A DNA stretch of 64,000 nt from Clostridiales bacterium (GTDB lineage: Bacteria > Bacillota > Clostridia > Christensenellales > DTU072), in contig DUON01000015.1 in the NCBI GenBank assembly GCA_012838805.1, positions 872 to 64,871 on the forward strand, read 5' to 3'. The position numbers and the translations under genes are program-made. Position 1 is the first letter of the stretch. Every line of letters begins with the position of its first letter. Below, piece by piece: positions 1-8,959 of this stretch. Under the pieces are notes generated by a model. That model was not told the origin of the DNA, did no database searches, and saw only the letters and a list, made by a program, of their open reading frames with translations.

Positions 1-562
1 CGCCCAAGATTATATCCAAAAATTTTGAATCCTTCAAAACGGGCTGAATTAGGCTTATATCCATGTCGGGCACCCCCACCACAAAGAACAATACTATTGT
101 GGCAAGCATTAAAGGAACGGTAAAAAAAGCAAGTCTGCAAACAGTGCCTGCGCCTTTAATTGCGGCGAACGCCCCGGGAGCGATAATAAACAGAAATATT
201 ATCCATAGCGGAGTCTCGGCTAGCAAGTACGACTCTACAAAAAGTGCGGATATCAACATACACCCCACAAAGCAAAATATCGAAAGAAGAAGGAACATAA
301 CTGCCGAGATAGTTCCGCCCACTCTCCCTAAAATAATCTCGTTGGTCTCAACCAAATCAAAGCCCCTAAATTTATTGATAATATAAAGTAGCGGTAAATT
401 CATGATTAGAATAAAAACCATTGTCAAAAGCTGTACTATCCATACATCTTGATTGGCGGGAGGCGTTCTTATTACGGATAAGAATGTATACGGAAACATC
501 AAAGAACTGCCTGCCATAACCAAAGCCAACTGATTTGAAGATATTAAAGACCTATTCTGCAT
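1..562 (-). CDS. Spore germination receptor B subunit (GerAB/GerKB-type permease), N-terminal part; the 3' end lies beyond the window start
   Basis: Absent from the ORF track because it runs off the edge. Manual minus-strand translation from the ATG at 562 gives MQNRSLISSNQLALVMAGSSLMFPYTFLSVIRTPPANQDVWIVQLLTMVFILIMNLPLLYIINKF... and stays open to position 1. The profile is multi-TM, as expected for a germinant-receptor B subunit. The start overlaps the stop of the upstream Ger(x)C gene by 11 nt. Confidence 0.75.
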   Translation of the reverse strand, partial: MQNRSLISSNQLALVMAGSSLMFPYTFLSVIRTPPANQDVWIVQLLTMVFILIMNLPLLYIINKFRGFDLVETNEIILGRVGGTISAVMFLLLSIFCFVGCMLISALFVESYLLAETPLWIIFLFIIAPGAFAAIKGAGTVCRLAFFTVPLMLATIVLFFVVGVPDMDISLIQPVLKDSKFLDIILG

Positions 563-1763
563 ATACCCTTTCCCCTACTCTTTCTCTTGTATGTCCTTCC
601 GTTTCAATAATATTCTCAACAGTGACATTTATCGTTGCTTTAGCAAAATATTCGTCATCCCATTTATGTTTTATTGTTTTCCATTTTTTAGGATAATCTT
701 TATGAAAATAGTCTCCAAAACCGAATATATCGCTTTTAAATTCCGTCTGCACTTTTTGTATCGCTTCCTTTATTCTGGTCTGCATAAAATGATTTATATC
801 CTTTTCGGCTTTTTTGAGCTCTTTGTTTTCACTTATGTTATAGTCGCTCATATTCTCCGCAATAGCAAGTCTGGTTTTAATCTTAATATTGATATTGACA
901 TCTTCGCCCAGATATTCGGTATTCACTTGCGATTTGGATTCCATTACATAAATAGATATATTCCCCCCGCTTACGGGAATGGCTATATAAGCTTGTCTCA
1001 CCGTATCCGAGATAAGATTATAGGCTATGGCTTCCTGCCCGTCCAAATAACCCACAAGCTTATCTTCCTTAAAAACTGCAAGCCCTTCAAAGTCCATAAC
1101 ATATTTCTTTGGCTTTTTTTCTTCTTCTTCTTTGACATCCTCATCAAAATTAATTTTATTCTCTTTTACTTCTACCACACCCATAATCGGCTGTTTGCCT
1201 TCTTTGTATAAATCCTTTGCAAAATCCAAAGTAGTCACAAAAGTAGTAAGGGTGCTTCTTTCCTCTTTCAACCGTGAAAGGGCATAAATATACCCTCCCA
1301 CTTGATCTGAAAGTCCCGTTTCTGCTTGGAACAAAAGCAAAGGGTCTTCATTCTTCACAACCATCATAATGGGTCTTTGGTCCAGATAGAATTCTCTAAA
1401 GAAAAAATCCTGTATGGGCTCAATCCCGTATTGTGCCATTTTTTCGGTAAAAAATCTGACTCTGTTGTGGGTGCCGTAAAGAGCTTTCTCTAATTGAAGA
1501 TTTTGTTGAAGCGCTTCGGCAGGCGATCTTGCCTCGAATTCCATAATCAAAGACCTGGAAATTTGACTTTGCTGTGGGTCGTTTGAATGAGAGACATCTA
1601 AGAATTCACCGATTATCCGATAACCCTTATCTGATTTGTCATAAATAAAACTCAAACCCACAGCCATTTCTTCGGCCTCTACTCTTGTCCAGTCTCCCGC
1701 GATACCTAATAATATTAACGCTGCCATTATAAAATAGATAATTTTCTTAAACATTGAAATCAC
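552..1763 (-). CDS. Ger(x)C-family spore germination protein (germinant receptor C subunit)
   Basis: 403-aa ORF. An N-terminal hydrophobic segment is followed by ...LLGIAGDWTRVEAEEMAVGLSF..., which matches the opening of GerAC-type proteins. It lies between the A and B subunit genes with overlapping junctions. Confidence 0.8.
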   Translation of the reverse strand: MISMFKKIIYFIMAALILLGIAGDWTRVEAEEMAVGLSFIYDKSDKGYRIIGEFLDVSHSNDPQQSQISRSLIMEFEARSPAEALQQNLQLEKALYGTHNRVRFFTEKMAQYGIEPIQDFFFREFYLDQRPIMMVVKNEDPLLLFQAETGLSDQVGGYIYALSRLKEERSTLTTFVTTLDFAKDLYKEGKQPIMGVVEVKENKINFDEDVKEEEEKKPKKYVMDFEGLAVFKEDKLVGYLDGQEAIAYNLISDTVRQAYIAIPVSGGNISIYVMESKSQVNTEYLGEDVNINIKIKTRLAIAENMSDYNISENKELKKAEKDINHFMQTRIKEAIQKVQTEFKSDIFGFGDYFHKDYPKKWKTIKHKWDDEYFAKATINVTVENIIETEGHTRERVGERVYAE

Positions 1764-3213
1764 CCTTATAATTTACGACTTCGCCTATTTTGGTTTTATT
1801 ATTCACCACTGTTATCGATCTTCTCTTAATAAGGCTCAAAGGAAATCTCAGCATGTTATCCTTTTTATTTACCTTATTAAAAGAAGATAAGAGGGGAATG
1901 CCAAAAGATTGATTGCTTATTATTTGAGTTAGCATTATCAACAGCCCTGCGGATAGCCCCACAATTCCCATTGAGCCGCCCATAAGAAGCAGCACTATTC
2001 GATAAAAAGTTATGAATTCGTTCAGACTCATTATCGCCAAGCTGGCAACAGCCGTCAATGCAACTATGATTACGCTTGGCGCACCCACAAGCCCGGCGGA
2101 AACCGCTATATCTCCAAGAATTAAGGCGCCCACAATAGTGATAGCCGAACCAATCGATTTGGGAAGCCTTAGTCCCGCTTCTTTTATTATCTCAAACATG
2201 AACATTAAAAACAGAAGCTCAATCAAGGTAGGAAAAGGCGTGCCTTCCTTTGCTTGAATAATAGTGGTCAAAAATATGAGCGGCACCATTTCATGATGAA
2301 ATGTAAGCACCGCCGCCGTAAATCCCGGTAGCAGTATGCTGATTATTAAAGCGACTATTCTTAAAGCTCTAAGAAAATTCCCGTATATTGTGCGGTTATA
2401 ATAGTCGCCGGAATTCTTAAGCGAATCCATAAACAATTCGGGTATAGTAAGGGCGTGCGGAGAGCCGTCGCATAATACCACCACTCTTCCGTCCAGAAGT
2501 TTTATCGCCGCCACATCGGGCTTTTGAGTCAAGCCTATTCCCGACATTATGCTAAGCGGATTTTCTTCTAAATACTGTTCAAGGTGAGAGGATTCCAAAA
2601 TAGCGTCCACATCGATTTTTTCCAGTCTTTTCTTAACCTCGTCCAATACCTTTTTATTGACGATATTGTCAAGGTACGCTATGGCAATACTTGTATTTGA
2701 CTGTCTTCCCAAAACCCTTTTTTCCACAATGAGATTATGGGTTTTGAGCTTTCTTCTAAGAAGCATTACATTGGTGTATACATTCTCAACAAAGCCTTCT
2801 CTTGGACCTCTTATGACATTTTCGGCGTCGGGCTCCTCAACCGCCCTTTCCTTCCATTTTATAAGATCTATTGCCAGCACGCTTTTTGAGCCTTCATAAT
2901 ACAAGATTATAAGACCCGAAAGAACGCTTTTTATGACCTCGCTCATGGTATGAAGTTCCTTAAAGCCGCATTTTACCGCGGCCTTAACCCTGCCCGTAAA
3001 CTCACCAGATTTCAAAGGCTTAATGATATCCCTGTCCATTATATCTTTATCCACCATGCCTTCCACAAAAACTATAACCGCCTGTTTATGCCTTGTATCC
3101 AGCTTACTTATGACGATATCAAAGCTTTTTTGAAACAGACCTTTCAGCGCCTCTTCAAAGTCAGTGGCTTTTGAGGGAATATTTTCATTAGGATATACAG
3201 GTTTATCACTCAT
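1747..3213 (-). CDS. Spore germination protein, GerAA/GerKA-type A subunit
   Basis: 488-aa ORF with a soluble N-terminal domain (VIVFVEGMVDKDIMDRDIIKPL, ILYYEGSKSVLAIDL, RGPREGFVENV) and a C-terminal 4-5 TM region, typical of GerA-family A subunits. Confidence 0.85.
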   Translation of the reverse strand: MSDKPVYPNENIPSKATDFEEALKGLFQKSFDIVISKLDTRHKQAVIVFVEGMVDKDIMDRDIIKPLKSGEFTGRVKAAVKCGFKELHTMSEVIKSVLSGLIILYYEGSKSVLAIDLIKWKERAVEEPDAENVIRGPREGFVENVYTNVMLLRRKLKTHNLIVEKRVLGRQSNTSIAIAYLDNIVNKKVLDEVKKRLEKIDVDAILESSHLEQYLEENPLSIMSGIGLTQKPDVAAIKLLDGRVVVLCDGSPHALTIPELFMDSLKNSGDYYNRTIYGNFLRALRIVALIISILLPGFTAAVLTFHHEMVPLIFLTTIIQAKEGTPFPTLIELLFLMFMFEIIKEAGLRLPKSIGSAITIVGALILGDIAVSAGLVGAPSVIIVALTAVASLAIMSLNEFITFYRIVLLLMGGSMGIVGLSAGLLIMLTQIISNQSFGIPLLSSFNKVNKKDNMLRFPLSLIKRRSITVVNNKTKIGEVVNYKGDFNV

Positions 3214-3291
3214 ATTATTAGATTGTTCATAAAATAATTAACAATTCAAGAAATTCGACGCCTAACTTAAAAAATAAGGTATAATAAGTTT

Positions 3292-4845
3292 ATGAAAATC
3301 GTCTATATTGGAATAAGCTCAAAATTTATACACACTATGCCTGCGGGGTGGTTTCTTTCGGAATACCTAAAACATAGGGGGATAGCCGTAACTGAAATCT
3401 ACTCTAATATCAATATGCCTTATCAAGGCATCTTAAGCCAAGTCTTGGCAGAAAAACCCGATAAGCTCTTAGTATCGGTATATATCTTTAATGCGACGCT
3501 TTTGAAAAAATTAATAAAGGACATAAAAAAATTCTTGCCCCTTTGCGAGATAATCGTCGGCGGACCTGAAGCCGACGAATGGGTGGGGGCACATAAGGTC
3601 ATAAAAGGCGAAGGCGAACAAGCCCTATACGAATATTTGACCAAAGGCAAGATAGACACCCTATGCCCGCTGGAGGATTTGGACGCCATTCCCTCCCCGT
3701 ACACCAAAGATAGGGTGTTAAGTTCCCAAAACAAGCTTATTTATTATGAATCCTCAAGAGGATGCCCCTTTCATTGCAGTTATTGCATGGCATCTAATAG
3801 CAAAAAAGTAAGATACTTCAGTTTGGACAGAGTAAAAGAGGACCTAACAAACCTTGTCAGCTGGGGCGTTAAGATTATCAAATTCACAGACCGCACCTTT
3901 AATGCGAATACCCAAAGAACAGACGCTATTCTTACTTTTATTAAAGAAAAATTTTCTAACAGCGAAACATGTTTTCATTTTGAGGTGGGGGGCGATCTTT
4001 TTAAGCAGAGCTCCCTTGAAATATTAAAAGAGCTGCCCAAAGGTCTTGTTCAGATAGAAGCGGGAGTGCAGTCCTTAAACCTCAAAACCTTAAAAGCCGT
4101 CAATCGAAAATTTGATAAAGAAAAATTTATCAATAATATAAGCCAAATAATAGGCTTTGGAAATATCCATACCCACTTGGACTTGATAGCGGGACTTCCA
4201 TACGAGGACAAAGAATCTTTTATATCTTCATTTAACCAAACTATCGCCTTAAGACCGCATATGCTTCAATTGGGGTTTTTGAAATTCCTGAAAGGCACGC
4301 CCATTAGACAAACCTATAATGCCGAATATTCTAAGACTCCGCCATATGAGATAATCTCTAGCACTTGGCTGTCAAAAGAAGATATAGCCGAACTCAAAAA
4401 GGTAGAATATGTCTTGGACAAGCTTTACAACACCAACAGATTTCATTTTACATTAAGGCATCTCTTTGAAAAATATAAAAACCCCTACCAAGCGCTTAAG
4501 AACATAGCCTATTTCTTTGATGAGAAAGGGCTCAAAAGGGGAATGAGCTTAAATACCATATACCAAACAATGCTTGAGTTCATGAACTACCAAAAGGCAA
4601 AGGACTTGTTAAGACTGGACTTTGTTATAAGCAACAATTCCCGAAAGATACCCCGCCCCATAAAAGAGCCGTATGACGCTGATTTCAAACTGTTTTTGCA
4701 GCGCCACCCCCAAGACCGTTATGTCTTATATCAAAGATTCTCATACCTTCCCGACAAGCCAAAGGGCAATTATGTGGTCAAAGTCGACTACTCAAAAAGA
4801 GACAAAGTGTCTTCACTATATGAATGGCAAATCATAAAAGGCTGA
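3292..4845 (+). CDS. B12-binding-domain radical SAM protein (DUF4080-type C-terminus)
   Basis: 517 aa. It has an N-terminal Rossmann-like B12-binding region and the CX3CX2C motif in ESSRGCPFHCSYCMAS. Confidence 0.8.
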   Translation: MKIVYIGISSKFIHTMPAGWFLSEYLKHRGIAVTEIYSNINMPYQGILSQVLAEKPDKLLVSVYIFNATLLKKLIKDIKKFLPLCEIIVGGPEADEWVGAHKVIKGEGEQALYEYLTKGKIDTLCPLEDLDAIPSPYTKDRVLSSQNKLIYYESSRGCPFHCSYCMASNSKKVRYFSLDRVKEDLTNLVSWGVKIIKFTDRTFNANTQRTDAILTFIKEKFSNSETCFHFEVGGDLFKQSSLEILKELPKGLVQIEAGVQSLNLKTLKAVNRKFDKEKFINNISQIIGFGNIHTHLDLIAGLPYEDKESFISSFNQTIALRPHMLQLGFLKFLKGTPIRQTYNAEYSKTPPYEIISSTWLSKEDIAELKKVEYVLDKLYNTNRFHFTLRHLFEKYKNPYQALKNIAYFFDEKGLKRGMSLNTIYQTMLEFMNYQKAKDLLRLDFVISNNSRKIPRPIKEPYDADFKLFLQRHPQDRYVLYQRFSYLPDKPKGNYVVKVDYSKRDKVSSLYEWQIIKG

Positions 4846-4892
4846 TGAATTTTCTTATCTATGAGTTTGAAAAATAACAAGAAGTTTTTGCC

Positions 4893-5930
4893 TTATCTTT
4901 CTAAAATACCCTTTGCGGAAAAAAATTCCCTTTCTATTCTTTCGGGATAATTCCTCAATGTAAAACCGTCAAAATTCAGCCTTTGACTTATCATACAGCC
5001 ATTGTTTACTGTAATATTCATTTTCTTATAAACTGGACAATATATATTGAAACCGCTTTCGATTAGGTACTTAAATCTATTATCCCCTGCGTTCATATGC
5101 ATGCCAAAAGGCGAAATATAGATATTTGTGGGTCCCGTTATCGGCGCTATGACGCTGTTCCACTTCTCCGTATCTCTCTTAAGTCTTTCAAAGCTTATCG
5201 ATCCGTCCTTAAATCCAATGGAATGCCCGAAGCTGTGGCAGGCTATCCTCCAGCCATTGATTTTAAGTGCCCAAGCCACTTTTTTGGCGTTTTCGATATC
5301 ATGCGTGTCTCGGCTTATCCTATATCCAAAAACCCCTTGATATCCTGTGACCGCGATTATACCCTTGGCATTGTTAAAAGAAAAATCAGGATGGCTTTTT
5401 ACAAAATCTTCAACGACGGGAAAGATATCTCCCTCATAATCGATAACACTGCCGTCCTTTGTCCGTACCGTTGCCGCCAGTACACCGTTTTCGTCCACAA
5501 TCAATTTCTCTGCAAACCCGTCGTTTTTCATATAGTCATAATAATTCACATCGTCGACGGAAAGAATCAACGGTTTTTTCTTAGAATAAAACATAAGGGG
5601 TCTGTTGTTTATTATACAATCCCTGACATAATTAATATCTATAAGCGAAAAATCATTCTCATAAAGTCTATTTAAGATTTCCTTAAATTCCCCTCTTGTC
5701 ACCATCCAGTCCCTATACCCTTTGGCTCTGGGAGAGTTAAAAGCAAGCTCGGGATAAATAATAAAGCTATGAAAAAAGATATGGTATATCTTGCCGTTAT
5801 ATGGTACAGCCAAACTTGACTCAGACTGTTTGGGAACAGTCAAAGCGCTTGCGACTGGGGCGCTCGCCATGAGAGAAAATAGCGTGACAAGGATAAGTAA
5901 AAGCGCAATAAAATAAATAAACTTTTTCAT
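4893..5930 (-). CDS. Secreted polysaccharide deacetylase family protein
   Basis: 345 aa with a signal peptide (MKKFIYFIALLLILVTLFSLMASAPVASA). NodB-like motifs LILSVDDVNYYDY and CHSFGHS are present. Confidence 0.65.
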   Translation of the reverse strand: MKKFIYFIALLLILVTLFSLMASAPVASALTVPKQSESSLAVPYNGKIYHIFFHSFIIYPELAFNSPRAKGYRDWMVTRGEFKEILNRLYENDFSLIDINYVRDCIINNRPLMFYSKKKPLILSVDDVNYYDYMKNDGFAEKLIVDENGVLAATVRTKDGSVIDYEGDIFPVVEDFVKSHPDFSFNNAKGIIAVTGYQGVFGYRISRDTHDIENAKKVAWALKINGWRIACHSFGHSIGFKDGSISFERLKRDTEKWNSVIAPITGPTNIYISPFGMHMNAGDNRFKYLIESGFNIYCPVYKKMNITVNNGCMISQRLNFDGFTLRNYPERIEREFFSAKGILER

Positions 5931-5971
5931 AAGTTTATTATGAGCTAAAGCCTTATTCTTATGAAAAAGTG

Positions 5972-7144
5972 CTATTTAGACAAAGTGTATTCTTTTTTTC
6001 TTAGGATATTGTTTAAGACTTCTGTCATTATCAGAATGATAAGCCCCAATAAGAGCAAGTACAAGGGATATGCGCCTATGTTTATCTTTTCCGCGATAAG
6101 CCCAAATAAGGGTGACATAAGAGTAGAGCCCGTATAGGCACTTGCCATTTGAACTCCAATAATCGCCTGAGAATTCTCCTTGCCGAAGTTTGAGGGAGCG
6201 GCATGAATAATAGAGGGGTATATCGGAGCGCAACCCAGTCCGACAATAAACAGTCCGGCAACAATCATCATGTCTATACCCATGGGAATAGCGATGAAAA
6301 CTATCCCCGACAAAAGAACCACCGTACCGATTCTGATAAGCTGTTTATCCTTTATTTTATCAGCAATAGACCCAACCAAAAACCGCCCTATAGTTATTCC
6401 CAAGTAGAATATAGAGGCATACCTCGCCGCCTTATCGGGCGTGATGCCGCGAAATTCCACAAGATAACTGCTTGCCCACAATCCCGCTGTGGTCTCAACG
6501 CCGCAATAGGCGAAAAAGGCGACGCACATTATCAATACGCCTTTTATCCTGGCCACTTCTTTAAGCCTTAAGGGTGTTTTTTGTTTTTTCTTTCCTTTGT
6601 TCTTTTTCCATAACGGCAGACTGATAAAAAGAGCGGCGGTAAGCACTATTTGAACAATAGCGACGGTCAGAAACCCTTTATCCCATCCGTTCCCACCTGA
6701 TAAGAAATAACCCATAATATAAGGACCGACAGAATCGCCGATACCCCAAAAACCATGTAGCCAGCTCATATGTCTGGAGGAGTAATTCAATGCGACATAA
6801 TTATTCAAAGCAGCGTCCACCGCTCCAGCCCCTACTCCATAAGGAATCGCCCAAAGACACAGCATATAGAACTTTGTGGAGATTGAAAAACCAAAAAGCG
6901 CCGCAGCGGTCATAAAAACGCTTATCGCGGTCACCAAACCCGTCCCCAATTTCTTAGTAAGCCGTTCGGATAAAAGGCTGGACACTATGGTGCCGATTGC
7001 GATAATCATGGTTATGATTCCCGCATAGGATATGGGAGCGTCCAGCTGTCCGTACATAACAGGCCATGCCGCACCTACCAATGCATCTGGCAACCCAAGG
7101 CTGATAAAAGCTATATAAATGATGACAAGCAGTAAAGAATACAA
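5972..7144 (-). CDS. MFS transporter
   Basis: 390 aa, roughly 12 hydrophobic segments and a basic central loop (KKNKGKKKQKTP). TTG start preceded by AAGGGAGA about 11 nt upstream. Confidence 0.85.
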   Translation of the reverse strand: MYSLLLVIIYIAFISLGLPDALVGAAWPVMYGQLDAPISYAGIITMIIAIGTIVSSLLSERLTKKLGTGLVTAISVFMTAAALFGFSISTKFYMLCLWAIPYGVGAGAVDAALNNYVALNYSSRHMSWLHGFWGIGDSVGPYIMGYFLSGGNGWDKGFLTVAIVQIVLTAALFISLPLWKKNKGKKKQKTPLRLKEVARIKGVLIMCVAFFAYCGVETTAGLWASSYLVEFRGITPDKAARYASIFYLGITIGRFLVGSIADKIKDKQLIRIGTVVLLSGIVFIAIPMGIDMMIVAGLFIVGLGCAPIYPSIIHAAPSNFGKENSQAIIGVQMASAYTGSTLMSPLFGLIAEKINIGAYPLYLLLLGLIILIMTEVLNNILRKKEYTLSK

Positions 7145-7230
7145 ATTTTATGGTCTCCCTTGAATATAGCTAAAACTGGCTGTCTTTTTTGACAGCTCGT
7201 TTCTGACTTTGATTACCTATTTTGATACAA

Positions 7231-7281
7231 TTACGCACCCCTAGCTGAAATTACGCACCCCTGACTAGTTTTACGCACCCC
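7231..7281. repeat. Three perfect copies of TTACGCACCCC with exact 20-bp phasing, upstream of the MFS gene
   Basis: The copies start at 7231, 7251 and 7271. The 9-bp spacers differ (tagctgaaa / tgactagtt). On the minus strand the box reads GGGGTGCGTAA and lies 87-137 nt upstream of the MFS start at 7144. Confidence 0.9.
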
Positions 7282-7304
7282 ATGTAAAAAAATTAGCACC
7301 ACAA

Positions 7305-7322
7305 AAGCAGATGATTCTGCTT
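7305..7322 (-). terminator. Weak terminator-like hairpin just after the mini-ORF pair
   Basis: Minus strand: AAGCAGA-atca-TCTGCTT followed by TTGTGG. Stem 7 bp, loop 4 nt, poor U-tract. Confidence 0.3.
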
Positions 7323-7332
7323 CAAAAAAGTA

Positions 7333-7458
7333 TCAACTGTTATAATCAATTATTGAGAATGCATACTCACAGGTGCCGTACGGAAAAGTCATTTTAATAA
7401 CGTAAATCCTATCGAAATCAAGATCATATTCCTTCTTCTTAAACCAATCTGACTTCAT
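7333..7458 (-). CDS. Hypothetical 41-aa mini-ORF (MKSDWFKKKEYDLDFDRIYVIKMTFPYGTCEYAFSIIDYNS)
   Basis: Manual translation. Its ATG overlaps the TGA of the upstream 22-codon ORF in an ATGA arrangement. It could be a chance ORF in AT-rich DNA. Confidence 0.2.
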   Translation of the reverse strand: MKSDWFKKKEYDLDFDRIYVIKMTFPYGTCEYAFSIIDYNS

Positions 7459-7523
7459 GACGATAAAATCACTATAAATATCGCTGAAAATACAAGAACT
7501 AAAATTGATTTATACTTTTTCAT
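7455..7523 (-). CDS. Hypothetical 22-aa hydrophobic mini-ORF (MKKYKSILVLVFSAIFIVILSS)
   Basis: Manual translation. GTGGGT lies 5 nt upstream of the ATG. The basic N-terminus followed by an uninterrupted hydrophobic stretch resembles a signal peptide or a type I toxin. It could be a chance ORF. Confidence 0.2.
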   Translation of the reverse strand: MKKYKSILVLVFSAIFIVILSS

Positions 7524-7804
7524 ATTACCCACTTAAGACAATATGGATTTATAAGTAGATAATAACACTCAAATAATCAAGTATTAATACAGTACACCCA
7601 TAAATACGCAATCACAATATTTTTAAAAGCGACAAATCGTTCGGTCCATAGTCAAAAAATAAAATTGAATATTTAAAGCTGTAATGATCAAGAACTCTTT
7701 GGATACCAAGCGACTTTGACGAATCAATATTTTGCAACGCAAACGTTTTGGTATTAACCCAATATCTCGACATAGTCAATTGGTATTATAATGCTATTGG
7801 AAGT

Positions 7805-7833
7805 ATTGTACCAAATATTTGCTTTTATGTCAA
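7805..7833 (-). promoter_or_regulatory. Near-consensus sigma-A-type promoter with no conventional gene directly downstream
   Basis: Minus strand: TTGACA (7833..7828), a 17-nt spacer taaaagcaaatatttgg, then TACAAT (7810..7805). The spacer ends in TGG, giving a TGn extended -10. Confidence 0.55.
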
Positions 7834-7834
7834 A

Positions 7835-7866
7835 AACCAACCAAAAGAAAAACGTTATTGTTGGTT
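7835..7866 (-). terminator. Possible terminator hairpin after tRNA-Ala
   Basis: Minus strand: AACCAAC, an 18-nt loop, GTTGGTT, then a run of T that merges into the -35 of the next promoter. The loop is large, so the call is weak. Confidence 0.3.
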
Positions 7867-7883
7867 CTACTTAGGTTTTAAAT

Positions 7884-7959
7884 TGGTGGAGATGAGGGGA
7901 GTCGAACCCCTTGCCTCTTGAATGCCATTCAAGCGCTCTACCAGTTGAGCTACACCCCC
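7884..7959 (-). tRNA. tRNA-Ala (anticodon GGC)
   Basis: The reverse complement folds as a 76-nt cloverleaf: GGGGGTG TA GCTC AACTGGTA GAGC G CTTGA ATGGCAT TCAAG AGGCA AGGGG TTCGACT CCCCT CATCTCC ACCA. It has the G3:U70 alanine identity pair and an encoded CCA. Confidence 0.93.
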
Positions 7960-8029
7960 AATCTTTTCCCAAAATCCAGATTATTATAGCATCGCCGAAA
8001 CAAAAAATCAAATACTTTTCCTATAAATT

Positions 8030-8959
8030 CTATTGGGAATGCTTTTTAATAAACTCAAGTATCTTTTGCATAGCCCTTTTGGACTCAGGCATGAGTTTGT
8101 CCGCCATGGGATAAACATGGAACATTCCTTCGTCGATATGCAAAAATACATCTCCGCCCGCTTTTTCTATTTTTTCAGCCACTACTTTAGAGTCGTCCAA
8201 AAGCATTTCATGAGAGCCTACTGTTATAAAAGTCGGCGGAAAATCTTTATAATCCCCAAATATCGGCGAAAGCAGCGGGTCTTTTCTGTCATGGTCGCCG
8301 CAATAGCTATAAATGGGGCTATTCAGCATTTTATCAACCATATCCTCTTTAATTTCATACCTGCTTCCGAACATGGCATCTTTGTTATAGTTTTCAAAAT
8401 ACGATTTGCCTGAAGCCGTCATATCCGTCCAAGGCGAAATAAGAACCAATGCCTTGGGAAGCTTTTTCTTAAGCTCTTTAAGTTTAAGCGTTAAACTAAG
8501 TGTAAGATTGCCTCCCGCGCTGTCGCCAATGACTATGATATCTTCTTCCTTATAGCCGTTTTCTATCATCCATTCCCAGCCCTTCAAGGCGTCCTCTAAA
8601 GCTGCGGGAAAGGTGTGTTCGGGAGCTAATCTGTACTCTATCAGAATCACATCCGCTCCGCCTGCCGCCATGCTGTATTTATAGGCAGTGTTGCGGTATA
8701 TGTTGTTAAGCCCCATTATGTATCCCCCGCCATGCAGTAGATATATTGCTTTTTTATTGGAAGAATCTATCTTTTTTAGTATTTCGGTCGGTATACCGTC
8801 GATTTCAAATTTCCTTAATTCATAGCCTTTGGGAACCCTAAACCCTATCATTAAGTTACGGTACTTCATTTTATCCAAAAGATTGGGATTTTCTTCAGGA
8901 TTGAAGTTCATATATTTTTTTACTATTTTTGTTGCGATTTTTGCTCTTAAAGACGCCAT
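8030..8959 (-). CDS. Alpha/beta hydrolase, HSL/fold-3 esterase-lipase type
   Basis: Oxyanion motif LHGGGYIMG, nucleophile elbow GDSAGGN and a C-terminal GMFHVY His region. I chose the internal ATG (MASLRAK...) because GGGGGG lies 5 nt upstream; the 29-codon extension in the ORF track has no SD. Confidence 0.85.
   Translation of the reverse strand: MASLRAKIATKIVKKYMNFNPEENPNLLDKMKYRNLMIGFRVPKGYELRKFEIDGIPTEILKKIDSSNKKAIYLLHGGGYIMGLNNIYRNTAYKYSMAAGGADVILIEYRLAPEHTFPAALEDALKGWEWMIENGYKEEDIIVIGDSAGGNLTLSLTLKLKELKKKLPKALVLISPWTDMTASGKSYFENYNKDAMFGSRYEIKEDMVDKMLNSPIYSYCGDHDRKDPLLSPIFGDYKDFPPTFITVGSHEMLLDDSKVVAEKIEKAGGDVFLHIDEGMFHVYPMADKLMPESKRAMQKILEFIKKHSQ

Noticed and set aside
63-386. 107-aa plus-strand ORF from the ORF track
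   Set aside because: It lies entirely antisense to the much better supported GerAB-type permease gene (1..562, minus strand). Its translation has no recognisable features and no SD.
3214-3291. Sigma-G-type promoter (GAATT-17-CAATCTA) upstream of the gerA-type operon
   Set aside because: The -10-like element would end only 5 nt before the annotated ATG, leaving no leader or ribosome-binding site. It is probably a chance match in AT-rich DNA.
7231-7281. CRISPR array
   Set aside because: There are only three copies of an 11-bp box with 9-bp spacers, far below CRISPR repeat and spacer sizes, and no cas genes are present in the window.
7145-7883. Integrated mobile element or island remnant at the 3' side of tRNA-Ala
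   Set aside because: I saw no integrase, excisionase or transposase ORF and no direct repeat of the tRNA 3' end by eye. The region is only 739 bp. It remains possible but cannot be supported.
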